NCBI GenBank assembly: GCA_017552705.1
Contig: JAFZOY010000045.1
Span: 11,405 to 75,404, forward strand
From: Bacteroidales bacterium
Lineage (GTDB): Bacteria > Bacteroidota > Bacteroidia > Bacteroidales > UBA1715
Direction: 5' to 3'
Length of the DNA: 64,000 nt
Of this stretch, positions 40,101 through 47,854 are shown piece by piece (position 1 is the stretch's first letter; every line of letters begins with the position of its first letter). The translations under genes and the position numbers were made by a program. Under the pieces are notes generated by a model, which was not told where the DNA came from, searched no databases, and saw only the letters and a list, made by a program, of their open reading frames with translations.

Positions 40101-41202
40101 TTTGAGCGGTGTTCAGAATGCAACTATCACAGTTAAATCTGTTGACAACCCAACTATTTCAAACACTATCACTGTGAATGTGAAAGAACTTGTTAAGAGC
40201 ATCAAGGTTTCTGGTACACAACAAATGTATGTTGGTAACACAATTAACTTGAGCGCTCAAGTTGGCGATGCAACTGCAACTGACAAGTCAGTAACATGGG
40301 CATCAAGCGATGAAAATGTTGCTACAGTATCGCAAAATGGTGTTGTATTAGGTAAAGGTCCTGGTATGGTTCAAATCACTGCGACCGCAAACGATGGTTC
40401 TGGTATATCTAACTTCATCGACATCTCGGTTGATAAGATTAGCGTTGAACAATTGGATGCTAAGGATATAACTATCGAAATGGGTCAAACTGCACAAATT
40501 AAGACAGTTATCACTCCATCGAATGCAACTTACACTGATTTGACATATTTTGTAAATGATTCTGATATTGCATCAGTTGACGCTGATGGTGTTGTAACAG
40601 GTCTTAAGAATGGTGAGACTACTATTACTATCACTGCTCAGGCTGACATGATTTCAACTTTGATTAAGGTTAAAGTAACTTTGAACCGTGCTGACAAAGA
40701 AACATTGATTCGATTGATTGAAGACGATGTTTGGGGTGCTTACTCGGTTTACAACAAGGTTGAAAGCGGCGATATCGTAATAGGTTGGGCTAAGGGACAA
40801 GTTTCTCCGCTCATCTACAATGAATTCCAAAATGCTTGGATGGATGCTCAAACAGTTCGTTACGAAGAATTTGCAACCCAAAAAGCTGTAGATGACGCTG
40901 CTGCACGTTTGGCTAAGGCTATTACAGCAATGGGTGAAAATATTGATATTGATGTTGCAATCGACGAGGTTGTTGCAATCAACGCAAAGGTTTACCCATC
41001 GGTTGTTACTAACGTGGTAACTGTTGAAGCAGACAACTTGAAGTCTATCAAGATTGTATCGATTACAGGTAAGGTTGTAGCTCAAGAAGAAGCTGCTGGC
41101 GATGAAATCGAAATCAATGCTTCGAAATTCGCTCAAGGTACTTACAAAGTAATCATTGAAACAGAAGATGGTGTAGCTTCAGGTTCTTTCATCAAGAAAT
41201 AA
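31171..41202 (+). CDS. 3343-aa secreted multimodular GH8 glycoside hydrolase with SwmB-like, Ig-like (Big_2 and CHU-type) and FIVAR-like modules and T9SS type A CTD
   Basis: Signal peptide. GH8 motifs VSEGIAYGM, ATDADLD and YDAVRVPWR. Repeated TxKxVTWxxSDxxVATV. C-terminal VYPSVV..SITGKVV..GTYKVII. TACTTTTG -7 box at 31126-31133. Confidence 0.88.
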   Translation: MKQTEISKARGWWKHLLLLCVTLLGVVGFSTAQNYPFPQNYQYPYGEIYTGGNVQSTLQSLYTSWKSNYYTTSGDLGRVKFIQEGESGTNSVSEGIAYGMLIFVYMDNATNNTQADFDRLWRYYKKWENNNGLMHWKVKEFGTTVVDPNGATDADLDAAQALLMAHKQWGSNGSINYLQEAKTLINAIWNHEVNSARHLKPGDMFDDYKNPCYFITNAMQLFAYVEGKEGWQTHSWSTVINNCYKLIQKTRGSSGLVPDWCYENGGHLTGLTNGKFESIFGYDAVRVPWRMAHAYAWYGHQDAYEIAAKIVDWAQTKYSNPDDIVDGYRLDGTPGTGLGGSLSTWGTGKNACFKGGVSMASMIDSKYSNYMQKSWSVGSAVDQYGKYYTHTTQLLFMLCMTGNMPNFWDMLPVVDAAETNADGNTVYVDFSKAIASGVKAADFTVKTYADADDQSATTISVSSVTVNGKRVSLKLPSEISEPIITVTYNGTSVKSSDDGSQADKFEDFPVTDKITNMEPYVMARYTNTIATVVYVQWSKDIKISGASASDFTVYVDNVSKGSPESIAISDNGDDIIELQFSTALVNAASADITVSYAGGTITSKTGTKAAKAFTKSAVQNYYLTVTCFNLLNAATETNIGFAGGWEGAGSFVRETFQGTPVYTWSNKSTKYANLQTYSSEGDQRMSSSDLADFQEYTSKSGLRLKGRIYLKENAGGDIMVQLNDMSDYNASFASIPLGLTVGEWTEFDINMADVVENYQTYNPSFTYTGAKIRPVSDGDNGSTKNYTMYIDYLQLCPPNPSVDMLGGKVSYDGKQVELRFSIGMRVPDKSSYSAITITDGSMDYTIESIETKVGDASTLILNMTDPIYAQTVTASYSQGYGALISVDGREAESFYKELANLVGMTSTTGWYDDFDDADDYITLEVGGDGKIVTGVSEKANQSILAVTQKATTSWAGALTISPSSYVIDMTNGRGKVSFKVATASGTMNGYYRVGLKDYFGNETHNGGWLPITITTSGVEKEVTGFNFEQIDGSAVNTVLFLFVTDDNADGDWTPEFYGGTLNFDYISVGKALTLKVPTAITKEDQGIDEDGKFNATSSADGYIYVVPWETAPQFSELEATVANKKGVKVACTENTSVQVDLKGIGYGFFYAYAYDPISGALSTKKEVHINDVTPPEITECTDGNVTEDGSVSVTVSEDATAYIVKYSESISSYDDILNVTYYTIGGCKGGEASTVDVADLSMFTVGDKLVFYAVDGSYNISSKSTCSFTIKPEVLKISKVYTTDDSEIISSATSQDIVSVQGSRLFTKAYLVLGNKAVDLESIDGVADLSATTETFVAELDLSKVNIPDEVAGHIYITDGEALVGPFDITITKGTVFLEGLETEVDAATVNVGDVVSVKVLENPTNATNKTLTVAESDYATFAYRYDADKSENYIDITGVASTGGESIDVVITGVGEDDAEISKTITLKVVQLPTEVTVAPQEGKTASMVVGEKQTLIATVLPPSTDNKAVTWSVSAMAKEYIDIDEETGEITAKKEIEEDGTVEVVATCVADPTITNSIQISIGAVQVTEVKPATDEVSIALGENKSILVSVLPAEATDKSLTVNSSDEDVATASYTDGTLTITSVGIGTTEITLTAKNGKDATIAVTVTCPTQAPTAEDVDQLQSFCQGTVNSLVTKTDFTAKWYEVAEGGEALAAAPATTAETPVGTTNYYVAKVADGCESAGRLQVAMRVTERPTAEITNEELEFCETQAEVDLKAYISNGATWTATLNDEDVTAEVIDGNTFKPSVKGAGNYTITLSLGTEDCGDTDAKVFQVTAAPEVAITVPESICGNDELITLEASVDGGVWSGDGVSEGKFDPSNGSSAITYTYVSGACEVKKTETFTVTPNPQPTIEGLKTTFCKNDEAQLFSKLQVSPADGAFTIDGNDAEGITPSELTAAAHTVAYTVTKNGCTGSKEVTVTINDIPEVAFADHTEKMCDNEAAQILSATPENGTWSANAPAGVFNPAGYNGDVTITYTVTDENNCKNSSEAPITVTKTVAPTLEKSVYGIVVGAEVPTLSAEGTAIKWYATEDGDGTAGNTFVPSMETSAETSVDVYVTNTVDGCESDKEKVTIKVSDCKTEAVTIAEVDAICFGQNVPELSATGDGTSEIRWYNAKGESLGTGDKFTPSAEIISTPGTYKFFAAQYSEENACEGVQSAVSLVVKATPAAPTLTENASCEGATINNLLSSDAAFWYSEENAEAVLTETASTRYVPEALDATTIFYARTELNGCYSDFVSVVYTINPAPAAPEVEATAACYGKNDDYVVKATAADGCTLQWYDNHDNALGNEATQKVTGVTQPDVYTYTVKQRSAQNCASAAVEATLTVNELPTPKITLTETEFCSSFGETIALTAEPDPSTGTGVFKVNDAVATSFIPSSYAKNTVLTVAYEFTDANGCTGTASAKSVTIVDCDDSPVTAMQIIPATVLLKTKGLTQKVTVDITTEKAGKYNQAVTWATSDANVATVVDGTITAVGVGEATITAASSYTPGQSASCVVTVVFPVTSVAFTEESITIGSGQEKDLSSLVTFEPEDAVVTYAWVASAGLTITEDGKLTAEETMNDATGTVMVTVKTADGTEKSATIPVSIVAQTQLVTSITLKEGTTMTLQEGATYTMGKPTVSEATDKSFTWSIEGEGAEITSEGVVTVTGKSGDTFKVVATANDGSGVKGECEVTISDKIVAIESVSFSEDAVYEIFASEPFDLSELIIIEPEDATVASISWSVSGSYATIDENGVLTPNADVINGGGLSRNISVMATVASTDGKTTIKKSQSVKVNPDPLFVTSITIPETISIEQGDTYTFAEAKVMPLNADDKTYTWSIKTEGAPATIDEDGVITLSESAAPGNTFVVVATANDFKAVESNECLVTVVQKTIKLTRINLTETELNLEVDGKHGMFYVTLLPEETTQTNVEVTSSSESIVLVDNNDGSYDVIGLSGVQNATITVKSVDNPTISNTITVNVKELVKSIKVSGTQQMYVGNTINLSAQVGDATATDKSVTWASSDENVATVSQNGVVLGKGPGMVQITATANDGSGISNFIDISVDKISVEQLDAKDITIEMGQTAQIKTVITPSNATYTDLTYFVNDSDIASVDADGVVTGLKNGETTITITAQADMISTLIKVKVTLNRADKETLIRLIEDDVWGAYSVYNKVESGDIVIGWAKGQVSPLIYNEFQNAWMDAQTVRYEEFATQKAVDDAAARLAKAITAMGENIDIDVAIDEVVAINAKVYPSVVTNVVTVEADNLKSIKIVSITGKVVAQEEAAGDEIEINASKFAQGTYKVIIETEDGVASGSFIKK

Positions 41203-41222
41203 TCTGTTACTCCAACTGAGAT

Positions 41223-41260
41223 AAAAAATAGCTGTCCAAACGGACAGCTATTTTTTTTTT
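41223..41260. terminator. Bidirectional intrinsic terminator
   Basis: AAAAAATAGCTGTCC-AAAC-GGACAGCTATTTTTT perfect hairpin between convergent genes. Confidence 0.9.
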
Positions 41261-41299
41261 ATTTGTGATTGTAAATGTTTGTGTTACTTATAAGTGGAG

Positions 41300-42190
41300 T
41301 TATGCTTCAGGCTTTGTGCTTTTTACATTGAGTTTGTGCTGCGCACCGAATATCATTGCTTGGTTTGCGTCTTCGTGCCCCGAAGGAAAATCGAACATCA
41401 CAGGATAATCGTAGTCTTTAACCGCATCGAGGATTATGCTTTCGATTGAGCCGGCGTATTCGTCAACACCGTTTTTCATGCCGCTCATTGTACCAACCAC
41501 AAGTCCGTTGATTTGTGAAAGAATGCCTGAGTGTTTCAGATTCTGAATCATTCTGTCAATATGATACAAATATTCATTGAGGTCTTCAACAAATAGAATT
41601 TTCCCTTTGTAGTCGTATTCAAATGGAACTCCGCGCATGCTATAGAGCATCGAAAGGTTTCCTCCTATGAGTTCTCCTTTACCAGAGCCAGGACGATTGA
41701 ATTTTGAATTGGTTGATTTGAGAGTCTGTGAGTATTTCCCAAATAGCGCGTTGTGCAGCGAGGTAAGCGATTTCTGTGTGACCGAAGGAAAACTTTTAGC
41801 CATAGCTCCGTGAATGGATTGAATTCCCAACGAATTGAGTTTTGCATGGAATACGGTAATGTCGCTGAAACCGACAATCCATTTAGGATTTTTTATGAAT
41901 TTTGAGAAATCCAATTTGTCAATAATCCTAATTGCACCGTAACCGCCTCTGGCACAGAGAATAGCTTTTACTTTTTTGTCGTTGAGCGCTTTTTGGAAAT
42001 CAGCAGCGCGGTCGTTGTCGGTGCCTGCAAAAACACCGCATTTATTGAACGCGTGCTTCCCGATTGTTGCCCGCAATCCCCACGAATTGAGTGTTTCAAT
42101 TGCAAAGTCAAGTGCGTCGCTTTTAATCGGTCCCGATGGGGAAACAATGGCAATTGTATCGCCTTCTTCCAAAAAATTGGGTCTTATCAT
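41300..42190 (-). CDS. LD-carboxypeptidase (peptidase S66)
   Basis: ARGGYG, GFSDIT (Ser), VEDLNE (Glu), SGH (His), GGNL. Confidence 0.93.
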   Translation of the reverse strand: MIRPNFLEEGDTIAIVSPSGPIKSDALDFAIETLNSWGLRATIGKHAFNKCGVFAGTDNDRAADFQKALNDKKVKAILCARGGYGAIRIIDKLDFSKFIKNPKWIVGFSDITVFHAKLNSLGIQSIHGAMAKSFPSVTQKSLTSLHNALFGKYSQTLKSTNSKFNRPGSGKGELIGGNLSMLYSMRGVPFEYDYKGKILFVEDLNEYLYHIDRMIQNLKHSGILSQINGLVVGTMSGMKNGVDEYAGSIESIILDAVKDYDYPVMFDFPSGHEDANQAMIFGAQHKLNVKSTKPEA

Positions 42191-42254
42191 CGTTGTTTGT
42201 ACTAAATTCTCACAAAAAATATATCTTTGCGAAGGTAAAAAAAATAATGGACAA

Positions 42255-44297
42255 ATGACAGAATATAAACGTTACCTTGTTACTGCGGCTCTTCCGTATG
42301 CGAATGGACCCGTTCATATCGGACACCTTGCGGGGGTGTATGTTCCCGCCGATATTTATGTTCGTTATTTACGAATGAATAAAAAAGATGTCGTTTTTGT
42401 GTGCGGTAGCGACGAACATGGTGTGCCGATTACTATAAAAGCAATGAAGGAGAATTGTTCTCCACAAGATATTGTTGACCGTTACGATGCAATTATTCGT
42501 AAGTCGTTCGAGGAATTTGGTATAAGTTTTTCAAATTATTCTCGTACTTCTCACGATTTGCATACTAAGGTTTCTTCGGATTTTTTCAAAACCTTGTACG
42601 ATAAAGGAGAATTTGTTGAACAAATGTCCGAACAATATTACGATGAGGAAGCACAGCAATTTCTTGCAGACCGATATATCGTGGGTACATGCCCCAAATG
42701 TGGTGCGGAAGGTGCCTACGGCGATCAATGTGAGAAATGTGGATGTACGCTTTCTCCTGAAGAATTGATAAATCCTGTGAGCAAACTTTCTGGCTCGCCG
42801 CTTGTGAAAAAGCAAACGAAACATTGGTATTTGCCACTTGACAAGCACGAGGATTTCTTAAGAAAATGGATTTTGGAAGACCATAAAGAATGGAAATCAA
42901 ATGTGTATGGACAATGTAAATCGTGGTTGGATGGCGGTTTACATCCTCGTGCCGTAAGCCGCGATTTGGATTGGGGTGTGCCGTTGCCATTGCCAAACAC
43001 TGAGGGCAAAGTCTTGTATGTGTGGTTCGATGCGCCAATCGGTTATATCACGTCAACACAGGAATGTACGCCAGATTGGGAAAAATATTGGAAATCGGAA
43101 GATACGAAACTTGTTCATTTCATTGGAAAAGATAATATCGTATTCCACTGCATCGTGTTCCCTGTGATGTTGAAGGTACACGGTGGATATATACTTCCTG
43201 ACAATGTTCCTGCAAATGAATTTTTGAATTTGGAGGGAAATAAAATTTCTACTTCGAAGAACTGGGCTGTTTGGTTGAATGAATATCTTGAAGACTTTAA
43301 GGATCAACAAGATACACTGCGCTATGTGCTTACGGCAAATGCGCCCGAAACCAAGGATAATGATTTCACGTGGAAAGATTTTCAAGCACGTAATAATAAT
43401 GAATTGGTGGCAATTCTTGGAAATTTCGTGAATCGTGTGGTTGTATTGACGCAAAAATACTTTGCAGGCAAAGTTCCAGCCAAAGGTGAGTTGACAGATG
43501 TTGACAAGCAAGTATTGGATGCAATTGCGGTTGCAAAGGAAAATGTTTCAAAGAATATAGAAAATTATCGGTTCCGTGATGCGTTGAAAGACGCTATGCA
43601 GTTGGCTCGTGTGGGCAATAAATATCTCACCGAAACAGAGCCGTGGAAATTGATTAAAACTGACGAGTCACGTGTTGCGACAATCTTGAACGTTTGCTTG
43701 CAAATCACTGCAAACTGCGGAATCATTTTTGAACCATTTTTGCCATTTTCTACAGCAAAAATCATGAAGATGATGAAACTTGAAAATGCACAATGGTCGG
43801 ATGCGGGTAGTTGTGAAATTATGCCTGTAGGCAAGGAAATCGGACAAGCCGAGCTGATGTTCCGTAAGATTGAAGATGCCGAAATCGATGTGCAAATAAA
43901 GCGTTTGGAGGAAATCAAAAAGGCTCTCGAAGCCGAAGAAAAGAAAAATGCACCTGTTGCTCCGCAAAAAGAAACGATTGTCTATGACGATTTTGCGAAG
44001 ATGGATATCCGTATTGGTACAATTTTGGCTGCGGAACGTGTTCCCAAAACCGACAAACTGATGAAGCTGACTGTGAATGTTGGAATAGATACTCGTACCA
44101 TCGTATCGGGAATTGCCGAACATTTCACGCCTGAAGAGTGCGTTGGACGGCAGGTGAGCGTGTTGGTCAATCTTCAGCCACGCACAATGAAAGGCATAGT
44201 TTCGCAGGGTATGATTTTGATGGCGGAAAATGCCGATGGAACACTTCATTTTATTGCGACAGACAAAAAAATTAAGGAAGGATGCTCTATTTCTTAA
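42255..44297 (+). CDS. metG: Methionine--tRNA ligase
   Basis: [21 protein letters not shown] zinc knuckle, KISTS, C-terminal tRNA-binding domain. ATG 42255 follows TATCTTTG (42222-42229). Confidence 0.98.
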   Translation: MTEYKRYLVTAALPYANGPVHIGHLAGVYVPADIYVRYLRMNKKDVVFVCGSDEHGVPITIKAMKENCSPQDIVDRYDAIIRKSFEEFGISFSNYSRTSHDLHTKVSSDFFKTLYDKGEFVEQMSEQYYDEEAQQFLADRYIVGTCPKCGAEGAYGDQCEKCGCTLSPEELINPVSKLSGSPLVKKQTKHWYLPLDKHEDFLRKWILEDHKEWKSNVYGQCKSWLDGGLHPRAVSRDLDWGVPLPLPNTEGKVLYVWFDAPIGYITSTQECTPDWEKYWKSEDTKLVHFIGKDNIVFHCIVFPVMLKVHGGYILPDNVPANEFLNLEGNKISTSKNWAVWLNEYLEDFKDQQDTLRYVLTANAPETKDNDFTWKDFQARNNNELVAILGNFVNRVVVLTQKYFAGKVPAKGELTDVDKQVLDAIAVAKENVSKNIENYRFRDALKDAMQLARVGNKYLTETEPWKLIKTDESRVATILNVCLQITANCGIIFEPFLPFSTAKIMKMMKLENAQWSDAGSCEIMPVGKEIGQAELMFRKIEDAEIDVQIKRLEEIKKALEAEEKKNAPVAPQKETIVYDDFAKMDIRIGTILAAERVPKTDKLMKLTVNVGIDTRTIVSGIAEHFTPEECVGRQVSVLVNLQPRTMKGIVSQGMILMAENADGTLHFIATDKKIKEGCSIS

Positions 44298-44363
44298 AAA
44301 AAACATTTTTTCAAGAAATTTATTTTTATATTTGCTGAATATATTGAAGATATAGAAGAAATA

Positions 44364-45410
44364 ATGCTTTATTTGAAAAAAATAGTTTGGGCGTTTGTTC
44401 TTTTGCTAGGTGTAATGCCTGCTATAGCTCAAGATACACACTTTTCGCAGTTCGATGCGGCGCCGTTGTATTACAACCCTGCGCTCGCTGGTGTGAATGA
44501 GTGCCACAATCGTATTTATACGAATTACAAAGGGCAGTGGAGAACATACAACACCTTCTTGATGTCGTATGACCAACATTTGGAAAAAGTTCAGCTGTTT
44601 GGCGGCTCTATTGGTCTTGGGGCATTGGTTGTTGCCGATTATTCGGGAGAAAACTCTTACGGTACTACACAAGTCAAATTTATGCCTGCATATCACTACA
44701 ATATGGGGCGACTTCGTATTTCAGCGGGTTTGGACGCTGCGTTCAACTTGATGAGTATCAACGAAGATAAGTTGGTTGTTGGAAAAAACATCAATCCTTT
44801 GACTGGTGAATATACAACCGGCTCGGAGTTGGAAAATACAACCCGTTTCTATTTCGATATGGGCTTGGGTTTGAATGGCCAATATTTCATTACAAGAAAA
44901 CTTCCTGTTAATGTGGGTGTTACCTTGTTCAGATTCTTTGGCTCAGGTGGTGGCGGTTTAGCTGTTGCAAGTCAGGACAGCAAGGAGAATTACCGCCGTT
45001 TTTCAATGAACGCGAATGCGGTTTGCCCAGTCTCACCGAAAGTTACGTTGTTGCCAAGTTTGATATACATCAACCAAAAAATGTATAACGAAATGAACTT
45101 TGGCTCATATGTGAAATGTGCCGTTGGCGAATATACACCAGTGATCGATGCTATTTACATTGGTTCGTGGTATCGTGTGCAAGATGCGTTGATATTGGGT
45201 TTGGCGTTTGATAAGCCTATAAATAAGAATTGGACATTGCAATTCGGATTTAGCTACGATATAACTCTTTCAAGTTATAGAGAGGCTAACAAATGGGCAA
45301 CGAGCAAGAATGTGGGTGGAGATAGTTTTGAGTTTTCTCTGAAATTGTTGAATTGCCGCTTACCGATATTGGTAAATCCTGAAGGTATTGTAAATGATCC
45401 ATTTAGATAG
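44364..45410 (+). CDS. PorP/SprF family type IX secretion membrane protein
   Basis: AQDTHFSQF..YNPALAG, YKGQW, FSYDITLS, SFEFSL. Confidence 0.9.
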   Translation: MLYLKKIVWAFVLLLGVMPAIAQDTHFSQFDAAPLYYNPALAGVNECHNRIYTNYKGQWRTYNTFLMSYDQHLEKVQLFGGSIGLGALVVADYSGENSYGTTQVKFMPAYHYNMGRLRISAGLDAAFNLMSINEDKLVVGKNINPLTGEYTTGSELENTTRFYFDMGLGLNGQYFITRKLPVNVGVTLFRFFGSGGGGLAVASQDSKENYRRFSMNANAVCPVSPKVTLLPSLIYINQKMYNEMNFGSYVKCAVGEYTPVIDAIYIGSWYRVQDALILGLAFDKPINKNWTLQFGFSYDITLSSYREANKWATSKNVGGDSFEFSLKLLNCRLPILVNPEGIVNDPFR

Positions 45411-45413
45411 TAT

Positions 45414-47846
45414 ATGAATCGAATTAGTCGCACAGCTTCTGTTTTATTGATTTTATTGTCTGTTTCTGTATTGTCGTTCGCACAAGGAAAGAAACAGTAT
45501 TACGAGGCGTATATAGCATTAGGAGACACATGTTTTGCACATGCCAATTATTTCGGAGCTCATCAGGCTTACGAGAAAGCGTTGGCGTATGTAAATAATC
45601 CTAACATTGCATTCAAATGCGCTGAAGCGTGTCGTGGCTATCAAAATTATCCTGATGCCGAGAAATATTATCGGATTGCTATTTCCGAAGATTCGGTTAC
45701 GTTCCACTTGGCAAATTATTGGTTTGCGGAAATGCTGAAATTGCAGGGGAAATATGATTCTGCGAAGGTGCAGTATGAAATCCACTGCAAAATGAATAAA
45801 ACGAAAAATGACTATTACACCAAAAAAGCAAAAGATGAAATCACTGTCTTGGAAAAGAAAATTGCCAAGGTCGGTGAATCTGTCGGACTTGAGGTGAAAC
45901 GTATCCCTGACCTCGATGTAAACTCGATGTATGCGGAATATGCGCCATGTCAGTACAATGATTCGTTGTTTTTCTTTGCTGGTGTCCGTCCGTTGGATTC
46001 AAAATTGGCTGATACATCGTTCATCTTTGCTAACTATTTGACGAAAGTGATGCAGGCTACACGTCACAGTGATTCCACTTGGTCGGATGTGAAAGTTGTA
46101 AAGTCGTTGGATGATCCAGATGCACACGTAAACAACCTTTCGTTCACAAAGGATGGAAGAAAAGCATATTTCAGCAAATGCGTTGGGTATGATTGTGCAA
46201 TCTATTCCGCTGATTTCAATCCTGAAACAGTTGTGTTCTCGAATATCACAAAATTACCGGCTCCGATAAATATGTCGCAGTCAAGCAACACAACTCCGCA
46301 AATTGCATATACCCCGGAAGGAGATTATTTGTTTTTTGCATCGAACAGAAAAGGTTCCAAAGGTGGCTACGATATTTGGTATTCAAAAATGGAGTCGGAT
46401 GGAAGCTGGGGTTCGGTTGAGAACTGTAGTAAAAACGTAAACACTATTGGTGACGAAGTAACTCCGTTCTTCGATTCACGTGACTCATTGCTTTATTTCA
46501 GTAGTGAATGGCATACGAGCTTGGGTGGCTTTGATATTTTTACTTCGAAAGGTGATTTGAAAAGTGGAAGATGGTCGCCAGCGGTGAATATTGGAACACC
46601 GATAAACTCGTCATACAACGATTTGTACTATGCATATTCACGCGATACGTTGCGTGCATATTGGTGTTCGAACCGCGAGGAATCTGTTAAATTGATTGGA
46701 AAAGCATTTAGTAACGATATTTACTCACACTCGTTGGTGCGTCGTTCCATTGCGCGTATCACCGACTTGATTCCAATCACATTGTATTTCGATAACGATT
46801 ACCCTGATCCACGTTCAAAAGACTCTGTGACTGATAAGGTGTACGAGCATTTGTACTACGATTTTATGGCGAAAAAAGACGAGTATATCAAGGAATATAC
46901 GAAATATTCTCCGTCGGAACGCTATAAATACGATGTCCGCACTGTGGAAACATTCTTTAATGATTTGCAGGAAGAATATGAGAAATTGGCTCTCTTTGCT
47001 GAGTTGATGGATGTGATTCTGCACGATGGACAGGATATTGTGGTCGCATTTAAGGGATATGCGAGTCCGGTAGGAAATTTGGCATACAACGAAATCGTGG
47101 CAAAAAAACGTATTTCTTGTATTCAAAACTATTTTATGTCGTTCAAGGATGGTTCGTTGAATCAATTCCTGCATAATGAGCCTAAATCGGGTAAAGGTAG
47201 TTTGAAATACATCTATGAACCAATTGGTGTTGTAAAGGCGGAAAACACGTTCTATACGAGTTCGGGTGAACAAGTCAGTGCGATTTCCGACCGCCGTCAG
47301 AAATGGATGTCGGTATATAGTCCCGCAGCTGCATATCAACGTAAAATAGAAATTATCGCGGTTGATATAGAATACGAAGATGAATTGTTTGAGGAAATCA
47401 AACATGAAATTTCTACACAAAAGAAAATGGTTGATGAAGTTGAAGGAACTTCGTTATACAAGCCAGGAGAAGAACCTGCGGAAATGCATGCTGCGCCAAG
47501 TTCAAACACTGGAGGCTCTTCTGCCATAATCTTCATTGACGAAGATGATGATGAAGTTGAATCTCAGCCTGCTGCCAAACCATCGAGTATTCAACCGAAA
47601 CCACAGTCAAGCGTGCAACCGAAACCTGCGGCAAAACCGCAGAATACGCCTGCACCTAAGACTACGAAACCAGCTGCCAAACCATCACCAGTGATAGAAA
47701 TGGCTCCAATGGATTTCGATGAAGATGAAGACGAATATCCGCAAACAAAAACGCAAACTGCTCCTGTAGAGGAAGCTGCACCAGTATATTATCAAGAACA
47801 AGAAATGAAGAAATATGATGGGGAGGAAATATTCAAGGCAAAATAA
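45414..47846 (+). CDS. TPR + PD40 beta-propeller + OmpA-like domain protein (PorE-like) with a low-complexity C-terminal tail
   Basis: N-terminal TPRs. LFFASNRKGSKGGYDIW and LYFSSEWHTSLGGFDIF repeats. LYFDND..KGYASP..YN..KR..RKIEI. Pro/Gln/Glu-rich tail. Confidence 0.8.
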   Translation: MNRISRTASVLLILLSVSVLSFAQGKKQYYEAYIALGDTCFAHANYFGAHQAYEKALAYVNNPNIAFKCAEACRGYQNYPDAEKYYRIAISEDSVTFHLANYWFAEMLKLQGKYDSAKVQYEIHCKMNKTKNDYYTKKAKDEITVLEKKIAKVGESVGLEVKRIPDLDVNSMYAEYAPCQYNDSLFFFAGVRPLDSKLADTSFIFANYLTKVMQATRHSDSTWSDVKVVKSLDDPDAHVNNLSFTKDGRKAYFSKCVGYDCAIYSADFNPETVVFSNITKLPAPINMSQSSNTTPQIAYTPEGDYLFFASNRKGSKGGYDIWYSKMESDGSWGSVENCSKNVNTIGDEVTPFFDSRDSLLYFSSEWHTSLGGFDIFTSKGDLKSGRWSPAVNIGTPINSSYNDLYYAYSRDTLRAYWCSNREESVKLIGKAFSNDIYSHSLVRRSIARITDLIPITLYFDNDYPDPRSKDSVTDKVYEHLYYDFMAKKDEYIKEYTKYSPSERYKYDVRTVETFFNDLQEEYEKLALFAELMDVILHDGQDIVVAFKGYASPVGNLAYNEIVAKKRISCIQNYFMSFKDGSLNQFLHNEPKSGKGSLKYIYEPIGVVKAENTFYTSSGEQVSAISDRRQKWMSVYSPAAAYQRKIEIIAVDIEYEDELFEEIKHEISTQKKMVDEVEGTSLYKPGEEPAEMHAAPSSNTGGSSAIIFIDEDDDEVESQPAAKPSSIQPKPQSSVQPKPAAKPQNTPAPKTTKPAAKPSPVIEMAPMDFDEDEDEYPQTKTQTAPVEEAAPVYYQEQEMKKYDGEEIFKAK

Positions 47847-47854
47847 TCTTTCCT

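Noticed and set aside
41976-42254. 93-aa N-terminal extension of MetG in the ORF track
   Set aside because: It overlaps the divergent LD-carboxypeptidase gene. The promoter box and MetG homology support ATG 42255.
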